A DNA stretch of 64,000 nt from an uncultured virus (IMG/VR IMGVR_UViG_3300020439_001801) (lineage: Duplodnaviria > Heunggongvirae > Uroviricota > Caudoviricetes). The notes beneath the pieces are model-generated. The model ran no database searches. It was not told the DNA's origin and saw only the letters and a program-made list of their open reading frames with translations. The stretch lies in IMG/VR virus record IMGVR_UViG_3300020439_001801, one strand, 5' to 3'. Position numbers and translations under genes: made by a program. Shown piece by piece: positions 47,838-57,574 of this stretch (its first letter is position 1; every line of letters begins with the position of its first letter).

Positions 47838-48813
47838 AAAATTTATTTAATTTTTGTTTTATAATTATTTGATTTTGTTTTGCTTTTTCAAAAGTATCTT
47901 TATACTTTTTTAATATATGTTTAAAACTCATACTACAGAGTTCTTTTATTTTTTCTTCAATTGAATTTGGATTTAAATAATCTATATCAAAATAATTGAT
48001 ATCTATTCCCATATTCTTATACCAATGTATAGTTTGTAAAGATGCCGAAGTACTGAATGATTCATCTCCTCCTTCTAAATAAGATTCCCAACACTTTTCA
48101 GTATCATCTTCTGTTTTAAATGATACTATAAAAGGTACACCATATAAAAGTGGTTTTAGTGTTTTTTCAGTAATCAATGATTTTTTAGATTCAGTAACAA
48201 TTTCAAATAAACAATCATTATAAAACGAATCCAATAATTTTTTTCTGTATTTTATATCATCATCCACCTCATGTGGTTTTGTTGTTAATCCATCTGGTGA
48301 TATACCTAACCATCTGGCAGATACTATTCCTTTATTTAAAATATTTTCATTCTTAATAAATTTAGCTAACCAAGTTCGTTGAGCTTTTATAGTTCCCATT
48401 AAACATAAAAAATGTTTAGAACCATTAAATTTTCTATCAGCAGTTATGAGTTGATTTTCATTTACAATATTTAAAACATTACTTCCCCAAAATAAATTAG
48501 TGAAACCATCAGCCAATTTATCCGTTGAATAAAAGTTTACATTTTCGGATTCTAAAAAAGTTTTGTTTTTTTCATAAATGTATTTATCAATATCACAAAT
48601 ATGATAGGAATCTTGCGGAATAAAACTTATTTTATTTCCACTATTAACGAAATCTTTCAGATTTGAACCTTCTATTGTATTGTTTATATACATTTCTAAA
48701 TCATATAATCTATGGTACACTATTATACCTCCTTCAAAAGTATTACTTTTAAATTCATTGTAATTATCTCTACTAAACTTAATATCTCTAAATATATTAG
48801 CTTGTAAACTCAT
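47821..48813 (-). CDS. Putative glycosyltransferase, divergent paralogue
   Basis: FLCL.G..K..R and EIVTES....ITEKTLKPL..G.PFI motifs. Start likely MSLQ at 48813. Confidence 0.55.
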   Translation of the reverse strand: MSLQANIFRDIKFSRDNYNEFKSNTFEGGIIVYHRLYDLEMYINNTIEGSNLKDFVNSGNKISFIPQDSYHICDIDKYIYEKNKTFLESENVNFYSTDKLADGFTNLFWGSNVLNIVNENQLITADRKFNGSKHFLCLMGTIKAQRTWLAKFIKNENILNKGIVSARWLGISPDGLTTKPHEVDDDIKYRKKLLDSFYNDCLFEIVTESKKSLITEKTLKPLLYGVPFIVSFKTEDDTEKCWESYLEGGDESFSTSASLQTIHWYKNMGIDINYFDIDYLNPNSIEEKIKELCSMSFKHILKKYKDTFEKAKQNQIIIKQKLNKFYETIG

Positions 48814-49762
48814 TGAGATAATAATCAATAGTTTCTTTCAATCCCTCTCTAAGAGATACTTGTTGAACTACACCGAAAGATTCTGCTCTTTCTGTACTCA
48901 TCAATCTTTTTGCATCTCCATTTGGTTTTGTACTATCCCATTCGATACCAACCTTAACTCCATACATTTCTTCGTAGATATCTACAAGAGTTTCAGCAAG
49001 TTCTCTAATGGTAACACCAGTACCACTACCCAAGTTGATTGGTTGTGTTAATTTTTGTTCGTATGCTTTTATGATTCCATCAGCAACATCACCAGCATAA
49101 ATAAAATCTCTGATTGGTGAACCATCTCCCCAACAAATTAGTGGATGTTCTTTTTCACCAAATAATCTTTTGATAAGTGATGCGATTACTGTTGATTCTG
49201 GTCCGAAGTTATCATGTCTACCATAAATGTTTGCTGGTCTTACAACTGATGCTTTATTCCAATCGAATGATACAGAATAAACTTCAGCTTGTAATTCACC
49301 TAATCTTTTTGCCCACCCAGCATACTTATCTTTTTCTGATGGGAATGTTTTCCATACATCATCTTCGTAGAATACTTCAGCTGGTTGATAAACTCCAACT
49401 GTTGATGTATAAACATACCACTCAACATCTTCTAATCGAGCTGCCTCCATCATATTAGTATTGAATTGTAACATCGGTACAAAGTAATCAGCAGGTTGTT
49501 CCATAGCCCTCTTAGGAGAACCTTTGACACCAGCTATATGAAAGATTATATCTTGTCCTTCTACAACTCTCTTACAATTCTTAAACTCTCTTAAATCAGC
49601 GTTTATGAACTGATAGTTTTCGTTTTTATATTTTTCTATTTGATTATTTGGTTGGACAATATCAACCGCAGTTACGAATGCACCTCTATCGATACACTTT
49701 TGAACCATATAATTACCAACGAGTCCGTTAGCACCTGTTATCAAAACCTTTTTACCATTCAT
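48797..49762 (-). CDS. NAD-dependent sugar epimerase/reductase (extended SDR)
   Basis: TGANGLVG, RP.NIYG..DNF, WGDG...RDFIY..D and NLGSG motifs. Confidence 0.9.
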   Translation of the reverse strand: MNGKKVLITGANGLVGNYMVQKCIDRGAFVTAVDIVQPNNQIEKYKNENYQFINADLREFKNCKRVVEGQDIIFHIAGVKGSPKRAMEQPADYFVPMLQFNTNMMEAARLEDVEWYVYTSTVGVYQPAEVFYEDDVWKTFPSEKDKYAGWAKRLGELQAEVYSVSFDWNKASVVRPANIYGRHDNFGPESTVIASLIKRLFGEKEHPLICWGDGSPIRDFIYAGDVADGIIKAYEQKLTQPINLGSGTGVTIRELAETLVDIYEEMYGVKVGIEWDSTKPNGDAKRLMSTERAESFGVVQQVSLREGLKETIDYYLNEFTS

Positions 49763-50924
49763 TTTCTATTTGTTTAAATATTTTATATATACTTGTTTCT
49801 TTTATCGATTTAAAATGATTGTGGTTATATATACATATATCCTTTACAGATTTATACATTTCATTTACCTCATTTACATCGTTTTCGTTTATTTTTAGTA
49901 TTAATTTTAACACTTTCTCATAGCGTTTCTTAAAATCTTCTTCATCATCATAACTTTCATCCCATATAGAATCAAATGTTTTAAATCCTAGCTTTCTAAG
50001 TTCTTTTAAATAATATTGTGGGCCTAAAACAATAAATGGCTGAAATCCAACTAATGGTTTTACTATTTTTTCGGATATAAACAATTCATTATTTTCAAAT
50101 GTTGTTTCGGTTACAATATTTATACACGAATCCAAAAATAATTCTTTTTTAAAATTATTATGAGTTCTATCCCACTCAACTAATTTACCATCTCTTTTTA
50201 TATTATGAGTATCAACTTCTATTGGTAGTTTTTTTTCTAAATTGTTACAGTAATCTTCACCATATGTTTTAACAATATCTAAAATATCATAACCAGAACT
50301 TTTATAAACATTTAAAAACGAAAATAGAGAATCATTAAAATTATTTTCATTCCAATCTAAAAATAATCTATATCTGTGATATTTTTCTAGTGTTCTATTA
50401 AAACATAGAAATTTATTATTTCTGAAAACATCTAAATCATCAATTGATATGGGTTCATTTGAATATTTTAATTCTTCTTGAAATTTATCATGCCCATAAA
50501 AAATCTGATTGAATTGTTCAGCTGCTTCTTCTAAGAAAAAGTGAAATACAAAAGCTTTTGAATCTAATCTCACATTAGTATCCATAAAAATAACTTTATT
50601 ATTTAATTTTTTTTGTATATCATCATAATTCTCATCATAAAACCTTTCATCAGTAGGGTCTGCGGTTCTCATATAAGCTATTTTAAAATCATCTCTATCC
50701 AATAAAGATAGTATTTCTTTTTTTGATAAAATGTATTTTAAAAATTCATCTGGATGATTTATTTCATAAAATAATATATTTTTGTAACCATCTTTTATTT
50801 GTAAATTTGAAGTTGTAGAATAGTATTTTTCTATTCTATTTTTTATAGGTCCTCCCAAACAAAAGTGTTCACCATTTATATCATCAATACTTTTTTCAAA
50901 AACAAAATTTAAAAGACTACCCAT
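49752..50924 (-). CDS. Putative glycosyltransferase, paralogue of 41774..43147
   Basis: FLCFNR...YHR and IVTET......FISEKI.KP....QPFI.LG...GFKTF...DESYD motifs. Confidence 0.6.
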   Translation of the reverse strand: MGSLLNFVFEKSIDDINGEHFCLGGPIKNRIEKYYSTTSNLQIKDGYKNILFYEINHPDEFLKYILSKKEILSLLDRDDFKIAYMRTADPTDERFYDENYDDIQKKLNNKVIFMDTNVRLDSKAFVFHFFLEEAAEQFNQIFYGHDKFQEELKYSNEPISIDDLDVFRNNKFLCFNRTLEKYHRYRLFLDWNENNFNDSLFSFLNVYKSSGYDILDIVKTYGEDYCNNLEKKLPIEVDTHNIKRDGKLVEWDRTHNNFKKELFLDSCINIVTETTFENNELFISEKIVKPLVGFQPFIVLGPQYYLKELRKLGFKTFDSIWDESYDDEEDFKKRYEKVLKLILKINENDVNEVNEMYKSVKDICIYNHNHFKSIKETSIYKIFKQIENEW

Positions 50925-51550
50925 TTTCCAGTTCCGTAATGTGGATATTTAGATTTATATTTGTAATAAATTACATCTTCTGGTATTTCTCTTTGAATAT
51001 TATTCCAAGTATGTGCTGTAGGTGTATTTGTTGATACTTCGTTATCTTCCACTACAAAATAAAGTGGTAAATCAAAGTTTCTTGCATATTTATGTACCTC
51101 ATAAAAAATACCAGTTTCAAAAGTCATATCACCAATAAAACACCAAACCTTATTTTTACTATTTTGTAGTTTAGCTGCTTTAGCAACACCCAATGCTATG
51201 GGTAAGATACCAGTAACAATCGCTGATGAATAAAATTTAGAATCCTTATCTATTATCGTAATAGATTTTCCATCTAAAATCTTTTGTTTTAAATTCGATG
51301 GTTCTACTCCATGCAGTAAAGCGTGATAATGAGACCTCCAAGTTGAGAATACCCAATCATCTACTCCAACTTTTTCAAATATTTTTATTAATTGTTCTTC
51401 ATTACCATTTGATAAATGTATTGGACCTCTGATTTTTCCATTTTCCCAATATGATATAATATCATCTTCAAAATCTATTAAGTCCTGAGCTGACCAGTTT
51501 CCATCAACCCATCTATCTTCGTGATAATCTAAATTAAGAATCTTTTCCAT
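50909..51550 (-). CDS. ThDP-dependent enzyme, E1 alpha-like subunit (short)
   Basis: HLS.G.E, ST.R.H.HAL..G and ThDP-binding GD....G...E...EDN..S motifs. Start likely MEKIL. Confidence 0.88.
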   Translation of the reverse strand: MEKILNLDYHEDRWVDGNWSAQDLIDFEDDIISYWENGKIRGPIHLSNGNEEQLIKIFEKVGVDDWVFSTWRSHYHALLHGVEPSNLKQKILDGKSITIIDKDSKFYSSAIVTGILPIALGVAKAAKLQNSKNKVWCFIGDMTFETGIFYEVHKYARNFDLPLYFVVEDNEVSTNTPTAHTWNNIQREIPEDVIYYKYKSKYPHYGTGKWVVF

Positions 51551-52139
51551 TTGCATCTCTTTTAGAAATTATCGGATTAGTACAAGGCCACTCTATATTG
51601 AACTTCTTACTATTCCATTTTATTGTTTGTTGCTTATCTACATCTACAAATTCACCTTCATATGCTAATTTGTAGTAGAATATAGAGTTTTTTTCCATCA
51701 CATAGTGTCCATTAGCAAAACCTGGCGGTATTAACACTTGTGTTTGTGTTGATGGTGATAAAATGTAAGTTTCCCAACTACCATATTGTGGATTTCTGTT
51801 GATATTACCACCTCTTACATCCAAAACTACCAAATATATCTTTCCATGCAGACAAGATACCATTTTCCAAGTCTTATTATCATAATGTAAACCCCTAAGT
51901 ACACCTTCTTCTGATTTTGAGTACCTATCGTGTTTAAACTCTACTCCTTTTTCTCTTTCTTCCAAAGGAATCAACCTATCATAGTAATCCGAGTGATATG
52001 TAGTGGATATTTCACCTCTTTGTTCGTGATATACTGATGGTTGTATGATTTTTACTCCACCAGTTAAAACTTCTGATGAGTAAATGTGAAAATCATTCCA
52101 ACTTCTTTCTTTGTAATATATACTACGTCCTATTGCCAT
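51534..52139 (-). CDS. rmlC: dTDP-4-dehydrorhamnose 3,5-epimerase family protein
   Basis: RG, S..GVLRGLHY, K.V.C..G.I..V.LD.R, IPPGFA.G and WP....IS.RD motifs. Confidence 0.9.
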   Translation of the reverse strand: MAIGRSIYYKERSWNDFHIYSSEVLTGGVKIIQPSVYHEQRGEISTTYHSDYYDRLIPLEEREKGVEFKHDRYSKSEEGVLRGLHYDNKTWKMVSCLHGKIYLVVLDVRGGNINRNPQYGSWETYILSPSTQTQVLIPPGFANGHYVMEKNSIFYYKLAYEGEFVDVDKQQTIKWNSKKFNIEWPCTNPIISKRDANGKDS

Positions 52140-53103
52140 AACCTAAAGGGAATCCGTTCCTATATTTTGAACTCAAATCTGAAATTAGTACTGAATAAGC
52201 TTTGATTAACTCAACTATACCATCTTCTAACCCATATATCGATGTCCATCCAGTTTTTTCTAACTTTTCATTACTAACTGTATAGTTTCTTTTGTCTGGG
52301 TCTTTATAATAATCAGAATATGTGATTGCAAAATCAGGAACATATGTTTTTATAAGTTCTACTAATTCTTCTTTTGATAAATTAGCTTCTGATAACCCTA
52401 CATTGAAGATTTCTCCACTATATTTATCATATCTTTCTAACATAAACATAAAAGTATGTGCTACATCTCTAATGTGTATGTAATTTCTTACGAAATCTTT
52501 TTCGAAAATGGTGATGTACTTGTCAGTTAGTGCTTTATACACAAATTCATTCACTAACAAGTCCATCCTCATTCTCATTGATGAACCAAAGACTGTTGCC
52601 AATCTTAGTGATATACCACCAACACCTAAAACTTCTTTTTCAGCGTTGACTTTGGTAATTCCATAATGAGATATCGGATTTAACGGGCTATCTTCGGTAC
52701 AAATACCTTCCTCTCCTATTCCGTAACCGCTATTTGTGTTAGGATATATGATTTTTTTATCAGTATCCTTAATTAATTCACAAATATATCTTACATGCTC
52801 ATAGTTCACCGCAGTTGCAAGCTCTTTATCTCTTTCACAAGCAGGAAATCCAACGATTGCTGCTAATGGAATGATAATATCAGCTTCTTCAACGTACTTT
52901 TTTAATAATTTTTTATCTCTAACATCACCATATACAAACTCAAAGTTCTTTTGATGTGAAAAATTCATCGATGATGTTTGGTTGTACATTAAGTTATCAT
53001 AAATAACAAGCTTTTTTACCATACCTCTATTGAAAAATGCTTGAGTAATTACTGAACCTAAGTATCCAGCCCCACCTGTTATTAAAATTTTATCATATTT
53101 CAT
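52123..53103 (-). CDS. NAD-dependent epimerase/dehydratase
   Basis: TGGAGYLGS, LAAIVG.P.C, YGITK catalytic motif and RLATVFG.S.RMR.DL.VN. Confidence 0.92.
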   Translation of the reverse strand: MKYDKILITGGAGYLGSVITQAFFNRGMVKKLVIYDNLMYNQTSSMNFSHQKNFEFVYGDVRDKKLLKKYVEEADIIIPLAAIVGFPACERDKELATAVNYEHVRYICELIKDTDKKIIYPNTNSGYGIGEEGICTEDSPLNPISHYGITKVNAEKEVLGVGGISLRLATVFGSSMRMRMDLLVNEFVYKALTDKYITIFEKDFVRNYIHIRDVAHTFMFMLERYDKYSGEIFNVGLSEANLSKEELVELIKTYVPDFAITYSDYYKDPDKRNYTVSNEKLEKTGWTSIYGLEDGIVELIKAYSVLISDLSSKYRNGFPLGYGNRT

Positions 53104-53470
53104 ATTTGAATTCTTTTAAAATTTCATATTCTTCTGATGTTAGTTTTAAATTGTTTGGATTTTCTAAAATAAATTCAATATTCCCATTTTCTATAGAATC
53201 TCTTATCAAATTTATTGTACTATCTGCTAAATTAGAAAGTTTACAATCATTATCAATTACAATTTTGAATACAGATTCATTTTGGTGCTTAGAAAAATCC
53301 CTTATTGTAGTTTTTTTACCATCACTGGTATCAATGTGGTCTAATGTAAATGTATTCTTATCATAATTTACAATCATACTGTTTGCAAATATGGTTTTTA
53401 ACTTTGTTTTATCAAAACCATTTTTAACATATCCATCAGGACATAATATTTCAAATAACTGTTCTTTCAT
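53093..53470 (-). CDS. Hypothetical protein
   Basis: 125 aa ORF overlapping both neighbours in the operon. Confidence 0.6.
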   Translation of the reverse strand: MKEQLFEILCPDGYVKNGFDKTKLKTIFANSMIVNYDKNTFTLDHIDTSDGKKTTIRDFSKHQNESVFKIVIDNDCKLSNLADSTINLIRDSIENGNIEFILENPNNLKLTSEEYEILKEFKYEI

Positions 53471-54227
53471 CTCCTAAAATACTTACATCTAATGTTCTCC
53501 AAGGCTCAACATCATATATTTTTTTAATTAATCCAATGTTTATTTCTAAATTAAAACAATTTCCACTATTATCGTATGCCTTATACTTTGTTAATTCATT
53601 TGTATTTATCAAAAATATAGAATTTGATAAAGATTTTTTAAGATTTCTTTTTACATCTTTATTTTTTTCTAAAAAATCTTCTATTGTTTGAAATGTATGT
53701 AAAGTATCAAATAACCCAGCTCTATATAAATTATATTGGCATATTGCTTTATGCTCATCTGATAAATCATGTTCATAGTTTGCTATTCCAAAGTTAAATG
53801 GGGTATCACTATAATCATGCAATCCACCAATATACTCTATTTCATTTGAATATGTTTTACCATCATCTAAACAAGTTAATTTTGCTTTAAATTTTTTTGC
53901 TAATGAATCATGACTTATAATCATAACATATCTTTTATATAAATTTTCTTTACCAACATAAAATGATATATCATTAAAATGAGATTGTCCATCAATCACA
54001 TCCCAAAAATCCCAAGTAAACATATTTCTATTCTTAGCAAATACTCCCATATGTTTTCCTGGTCTACAAAAAATACAATGAGTATTACCAGTATTTACTT
54101 CATCCATTTGAAACTCTACATAAAAAGTAAAATCCTTTTGTGTAGATTCCCAAACATTTGTATCAGTAAATCTATAACTGTTGTTATTTGTAATAAACCA
54201 AGGCCTTTTGTGTAATATCTTTAACAT
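53451..54227 (-). CDS. Concanavalin A/LamG-like lectin-fold protein
   Basis: Resembles the inserted domain of the two GT7 genes (FT, .PG...G, D.SGN motifs). Confidence 0.5.
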   Translation of the reverse strand: MLKILHKRPWFITNNNSYRFTDTNVWESTQKDFTFYVEFQMDEVNTGNTHCIFCRPGKHMGVFAKNRNMFTWDFWDVIDGQSHFNDISFYVGKENLYKRYVMIISHDSLAKKFKAKLTCLDDGKTYSNEIEYIGGLHDYSDTPFNFGIANYEHDLSDEHKAICQYNLYRAGLFDTLHTFQTIEDFLEKNKDVKRNLKKSLSNSIFLINTNELTKYKAYDNSGNCFNLEINIGLIKKIYDVEPWRTLDVSILGDERTVI

Positions 54228-55642
54228 AGTGATTTACATTTATAATAAAATTCTTCTAACTCAGGAAAAGTTTGTAAAAAGTTTGTATTTCTCCTCTCAT
54301 CATGCGCATTAAAATATCTATAAAAGTTTTGCATTGACATTTTTAGATGTTTAGGGTCTACATCAGCATTCATCCAATCATATATTCTTTTTACTTTTTG
54401 TATTTCTATATCTGAGTATCCGATGTAGTTGTGGTCAAAAATTGGTACACCTTGAAAGAACATAAGTTTTGATTGTTCTAATACTGTATCCTTCCATTTT
54501 TGGTCTTGTAGTAATTGTACACTTTGATGCCAAGGATATCTTAGATATGATGAATCTAAAAATACCGCAGATGCCCAGTACCTATCATTTGTTCCATACT
54601 CTTGCTTTAACCCATAAATACCATCTATAAGTTTTATGTAATTAGGAACAGAAAGAAGTCCGTATGTTCCCATCACTGTGATATTAACTCTTGGACACTT
54701 AGTAAGTATTTTATTTAGATTATCCCAAAATCTATTAAATTCTAAACCTGTTCTAATGTACTCAGCTTGTTCACCCCAAGTATCAACTGATGTAAATATA
54801 ATAAATTCTTTAACTCTATCTTCATCACAAATTTTATTTATTTTATCAATAAATCTATCAACTAATTTATCATCAATACCCAAATTAGAGTTGATTGCTA
54901 ATTGTAAATTTTTGTTTGGATTCTTTTCTTCTATAATATAATCTAATACCTTCCAAGTATCTTTGGATAAAAGTGGTTCACCACCAGTGATTCTAAATGT
55001 ATGTAAATCTCTATACAAATCAGGCCACCATTTCCAAAATGCTTCTACATAAGGATTATGTTCAGTTTGTTTTTGAGGCCACTTATCTTCATCAATATGT
55101 CTTTGTTTAGAATTAAAATCATCTGAAGTTGGATAACCTCCAAACTTTTCAACTTCTTGCTGCCAAGTTGTTGAGTAAGCAGGTCCACAATAAGAACATT
55201 TAAAGTTACAAGTATGAGAGAATGCCACTTCTACATACTTTGGATTATAATCGGCTCTCCAATCGGATGTTGCTATTTCATCCATATGAGGTAAAGACCA
55301 ACTTTCATTAGATTTAAAAATTCTATCTGAAAATTGATTTGAGTTATCCTCTACATTCCAACAATAATCACACTCTTTAGGTCTTTTACCTTCAAGCATT
55401 TCTTTCCTTCTTCTCTTCTTAAATGAAGTATTGTGAAGAGCAGATGGATTTCTTTGAATCTCTCTTAAAGGTATCTTATGTGTTTTCGGATGGTGGCACG
55501 AATGTGTATGACCAGTTTGCATCTGTATCGTAACCTGTGTCCATTTTGCTAAACAAAATCCACATCCAACTTTATCTAATTTGTTTTTTGTGGATACGAA
55601 GTGTTTATTTTCGTGATGATTCCAATTATTTTCCGTTGACAT
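54221..55642 (-). CDS. Radical SAM protein with N-terminal Twitch-like domain
   Basis: CLAKW...SCHHP...C.YCW..E, CNFKCSYC....S..W and TGGEPL motifs. Confidence 0.92.
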   Translation of the reverse strand: MSTENNWNHHENKHFVSTKNKLDKVGCGFCLAKWTQVTIQMQTGHTHSCHHPKTHKIPLREIQRNPSALHNTSFKKRRRKEMLEGKRPKECDYCWNVEDNSNQFSDRIFKSNESWSLPHMDEIATSDWRADYNPKYVEVAFSHTCNFKCSYCGPAYSTTWQQEVEKFGGYPTSDDFNSKQRHIDEDKWPQKQTEHNPYVEAFWKWWPDLYRDLHTFRITGGEPLLSKDTWKVLDYIIEEKNPNKNLQLAINSNLGIDDKLVDRFIDKINKICDEDRVKEFIIFTSVDTWGEQAEYIRTGLEFNRFWDNLNKILTKCPRVNITVMGTYGLLSVPNYIKLIDGIYGLKQEYGTNDRYWASAVFLDSSYLRYPWHQSVQLLQDQKWKDTVLEQSKLMFFQGVPIFDHNYIGYSDIEIQKVKRIYDWMNADVDPKHLKMSMQNFYRYFNAHDERRNTNFLQTFPELEEFYYKCKSLC

Positions 55643-55655
55643 ATATTAATATATA

Positions 55656-57098
55656 TTAAAACTTTACATTTATCATTTTTGCCTTGGGGTTGATTTCTTC
55701 TATACTAACCAACTCATATTTTAGCTGCTTTATACCATCGGATTTATAATCCCATTTACCTTGCTGCATTTCCAAAACATATCTTCTTTCATTTCTTGCG
55801 GTTGTTTCACCTTTAGCCCACCTATCTTGTCCTTTATCATCTGATATTAATCCTTCATCCTTATGATATAAACAAAACATTCTTCCTTTTCTTCGATGTG
55901 GAATTGGTGGTTGTGATAATTTAATTATTTCTTCTCCAGTAGTTATTGTATCTACTTCACCATTATAACCATTACCACTAATATCTTTTGCTTCACCATT
56001 TTCAAATTCGTAGTGAAGTTTTAATCCATTTGATGGAATATTATTTGTTAGTTCTTTGATTTCATGAGCTTCTAATTTTCTATCCCATAACATTACCTTT
56101 GCTATATCACCTCTGAAGAATCTACTAGCATCTCTTTCACCAACTGATGTAGTATGCCCTAATGTAAATGGCATAGAACCATATCTTTTTAACTTACCAT
56201 CAAAACTAAGTGGTGAATGAGTACCATGTCCATGCCTTGCATCTGATTCATTACCATTTAAGTAAAAATGTATTTTATTATTCTCAGTATCAATTGATAA
56301 GGTTATCCAACTCCAATAATTTTCGTATCGTTTCATCCATTGATATAGAGCTTCTTTTTTGTGATTCCATAATAGTGATGTATATGCTCTACTATTGTTA
56401 TAACTTAATCCCCAATCGTAACCAGCTCTTCTAATTATTGGATATTCACAAAATCTTCTATCATAATCACCAACTAACCATATTGGTACTTTTTCTTCTT
56501 GTTGGTTTGCTTTTACCAATACTGAAACTGTATGTGATTTGGATGTTAGATGTGCTATACCTCTATCTACTGGGATTGTTACTTTTGAATTAGTACCATT
56601 GAACCTTAAAAAGTTTTGTTTACCAATTTGTAATTCTCTTACATTAGCATATCCCTCTAAATAACATCTCCAAAACAAATCATCATCTTCCATACCCCAA
56701 TCCCAATAATCATTTGAGTATCCATTGGTTTTTTCTACTTGTTCTTTATTAAAAAGTACTGCTCCACCAAAATATTCTTGATATTTCAGTTCGTAATTCA
56801 TTTGAGATATATTTGTTGCTATATGAATTGGAGTTTTTTCAGGAAAAGAATAATCACATCCTTCTTCTGGTATCATATCTATATCGTGCCAAACAATGTA
56901 ATCACATCCATCTTCAAACGCATGTTTTGCAGCTACATTTTTTGTTGCTCCTCTGTTAAATAACTTATCATCTACTTGATGAGCAAAGTACATACAATAA
57001 TCTATACCTTTGGATTCTAAATATGCTCCAACTTTTGGTACAAACTCTTTTAGATGAGCTTCTCTGTTTCTATATGGTACACAAACTCCTAACTTCAT
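55656..57098 (-). CDS. GT7 beta-1,4-galactosyltransferase-like enzyme with inserted LamG domain
   Basis: VPYRNR..HL, FNRG, HDID, YFGG and NGYSN.YW.WG.EDDD motifs, then LamG (F.G.I..V..W...L, D.SGNG..G), then L.H. Confidence 0.88.
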   Translation of the reverse strand: MKLGVCVPYRNREAHLKEFVPKVGAYLESKGIDYCMYFAHQVDDKLFNRGATKNVAAKHAFEDGCDYIVWHDIDMIPEEGCDYSFPEKTPIHIATNISQMNYELKYQEYFGGAVLFNKEQVEKTNGYSNDYWDWGMEDDDLFWRCYLEGYANVRELQIGKQNFLRFNGTNSKVTIPVDRGIAHLTSKSHTVSVLVKANQQEEKVPIWLVGDYDRRFCEYPIIRRAGYDWGLSYNNSRAYTSLLWNHKKEALYQWMKRYENYWSWITLSIDTENNKIHFYLNGNESDARHGHGTHSPLSFDGKLKRYGSMPFTLGHTTSVGERDASRFFRGDIAKVMLWDRKLEAHEIKELTNNIPSNGLKLHYEFENGEAKDISGNGYNGEVDTITTGEEIIKLSQPPIPHRRKGRMFCLYHKDEGLISDDKGQDRWAKGETTARNERRYVLEMQQGKWDYKSDGIKQLKYELVSIEEINPKAKMINVKF

Positions 57099-57574
57099 TA
57101 ATCCATTTCCATTTTTCTTTCAAAAAACTTTGCTGCTTCTTTTATTTCAGGATTTTGTTTGATTGTTTGCATAGCAATCATATCTTTCATCTTAGTTGTT
57201 GACCAACCATGTGCTCGAGTTGTATAAACAACCTTTGGTGGTAAGTCATCACCTGTGAATGATTTACCAATATAATCTTCACCTAAGATTCTTATATCGG
57301 GTTTAAAAAACTCTATCAATCCTCTGAGTTCTTCTTCTGTCTGATATACATATACTTCATCGATGTATCTTATAGCCATCAATGTACGATATCTTTCGTG
57401 TATAGGAATAACGGGTTTGTATTTTGATTTTCTATGTTCGGATGGGTCTCTATGTAGAAACACTATGAATTTATCACAATGTTGCTTAGCCGCTTCAAAC
57501 GTATAAACATAACCCGGATGAATTAAATCAAAATTACCAGCCGTAAATCCTACTATTTGTTTTTTATTTTTCAT
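57098..57574 (-). CDS. Cytidylyltransferase (TagD/RfaE-like)
   Basis: G.FDL.HPG, KP......R...L..I.Y.DEV, G.DY and R....STT motifs. Confidence 0.88.
   Translation of the reverse strand: MKNKKQIVGFTAGNFDLIHPGYVYTFEAAKQHCDKFIVFLHRDPSEHRKSKYKPVIPIHERYRTLMAIRYIDEVYVYQTEEELRGLIEFFKPDIRILGEDYIGKSFTGDDLPPKVVYTTRAHGWSTTKMKDMIAMQTIKQNPEIKEAAKFFERKMEMD

Noticed and set aside
44531..51550. Pyruvate dehydrogenase as a central-metabolism auxiliary gene
   Set aside because: Subunits are truncated, E2/E3 are absent and the context is nucleotide-sugar biosynthesis.
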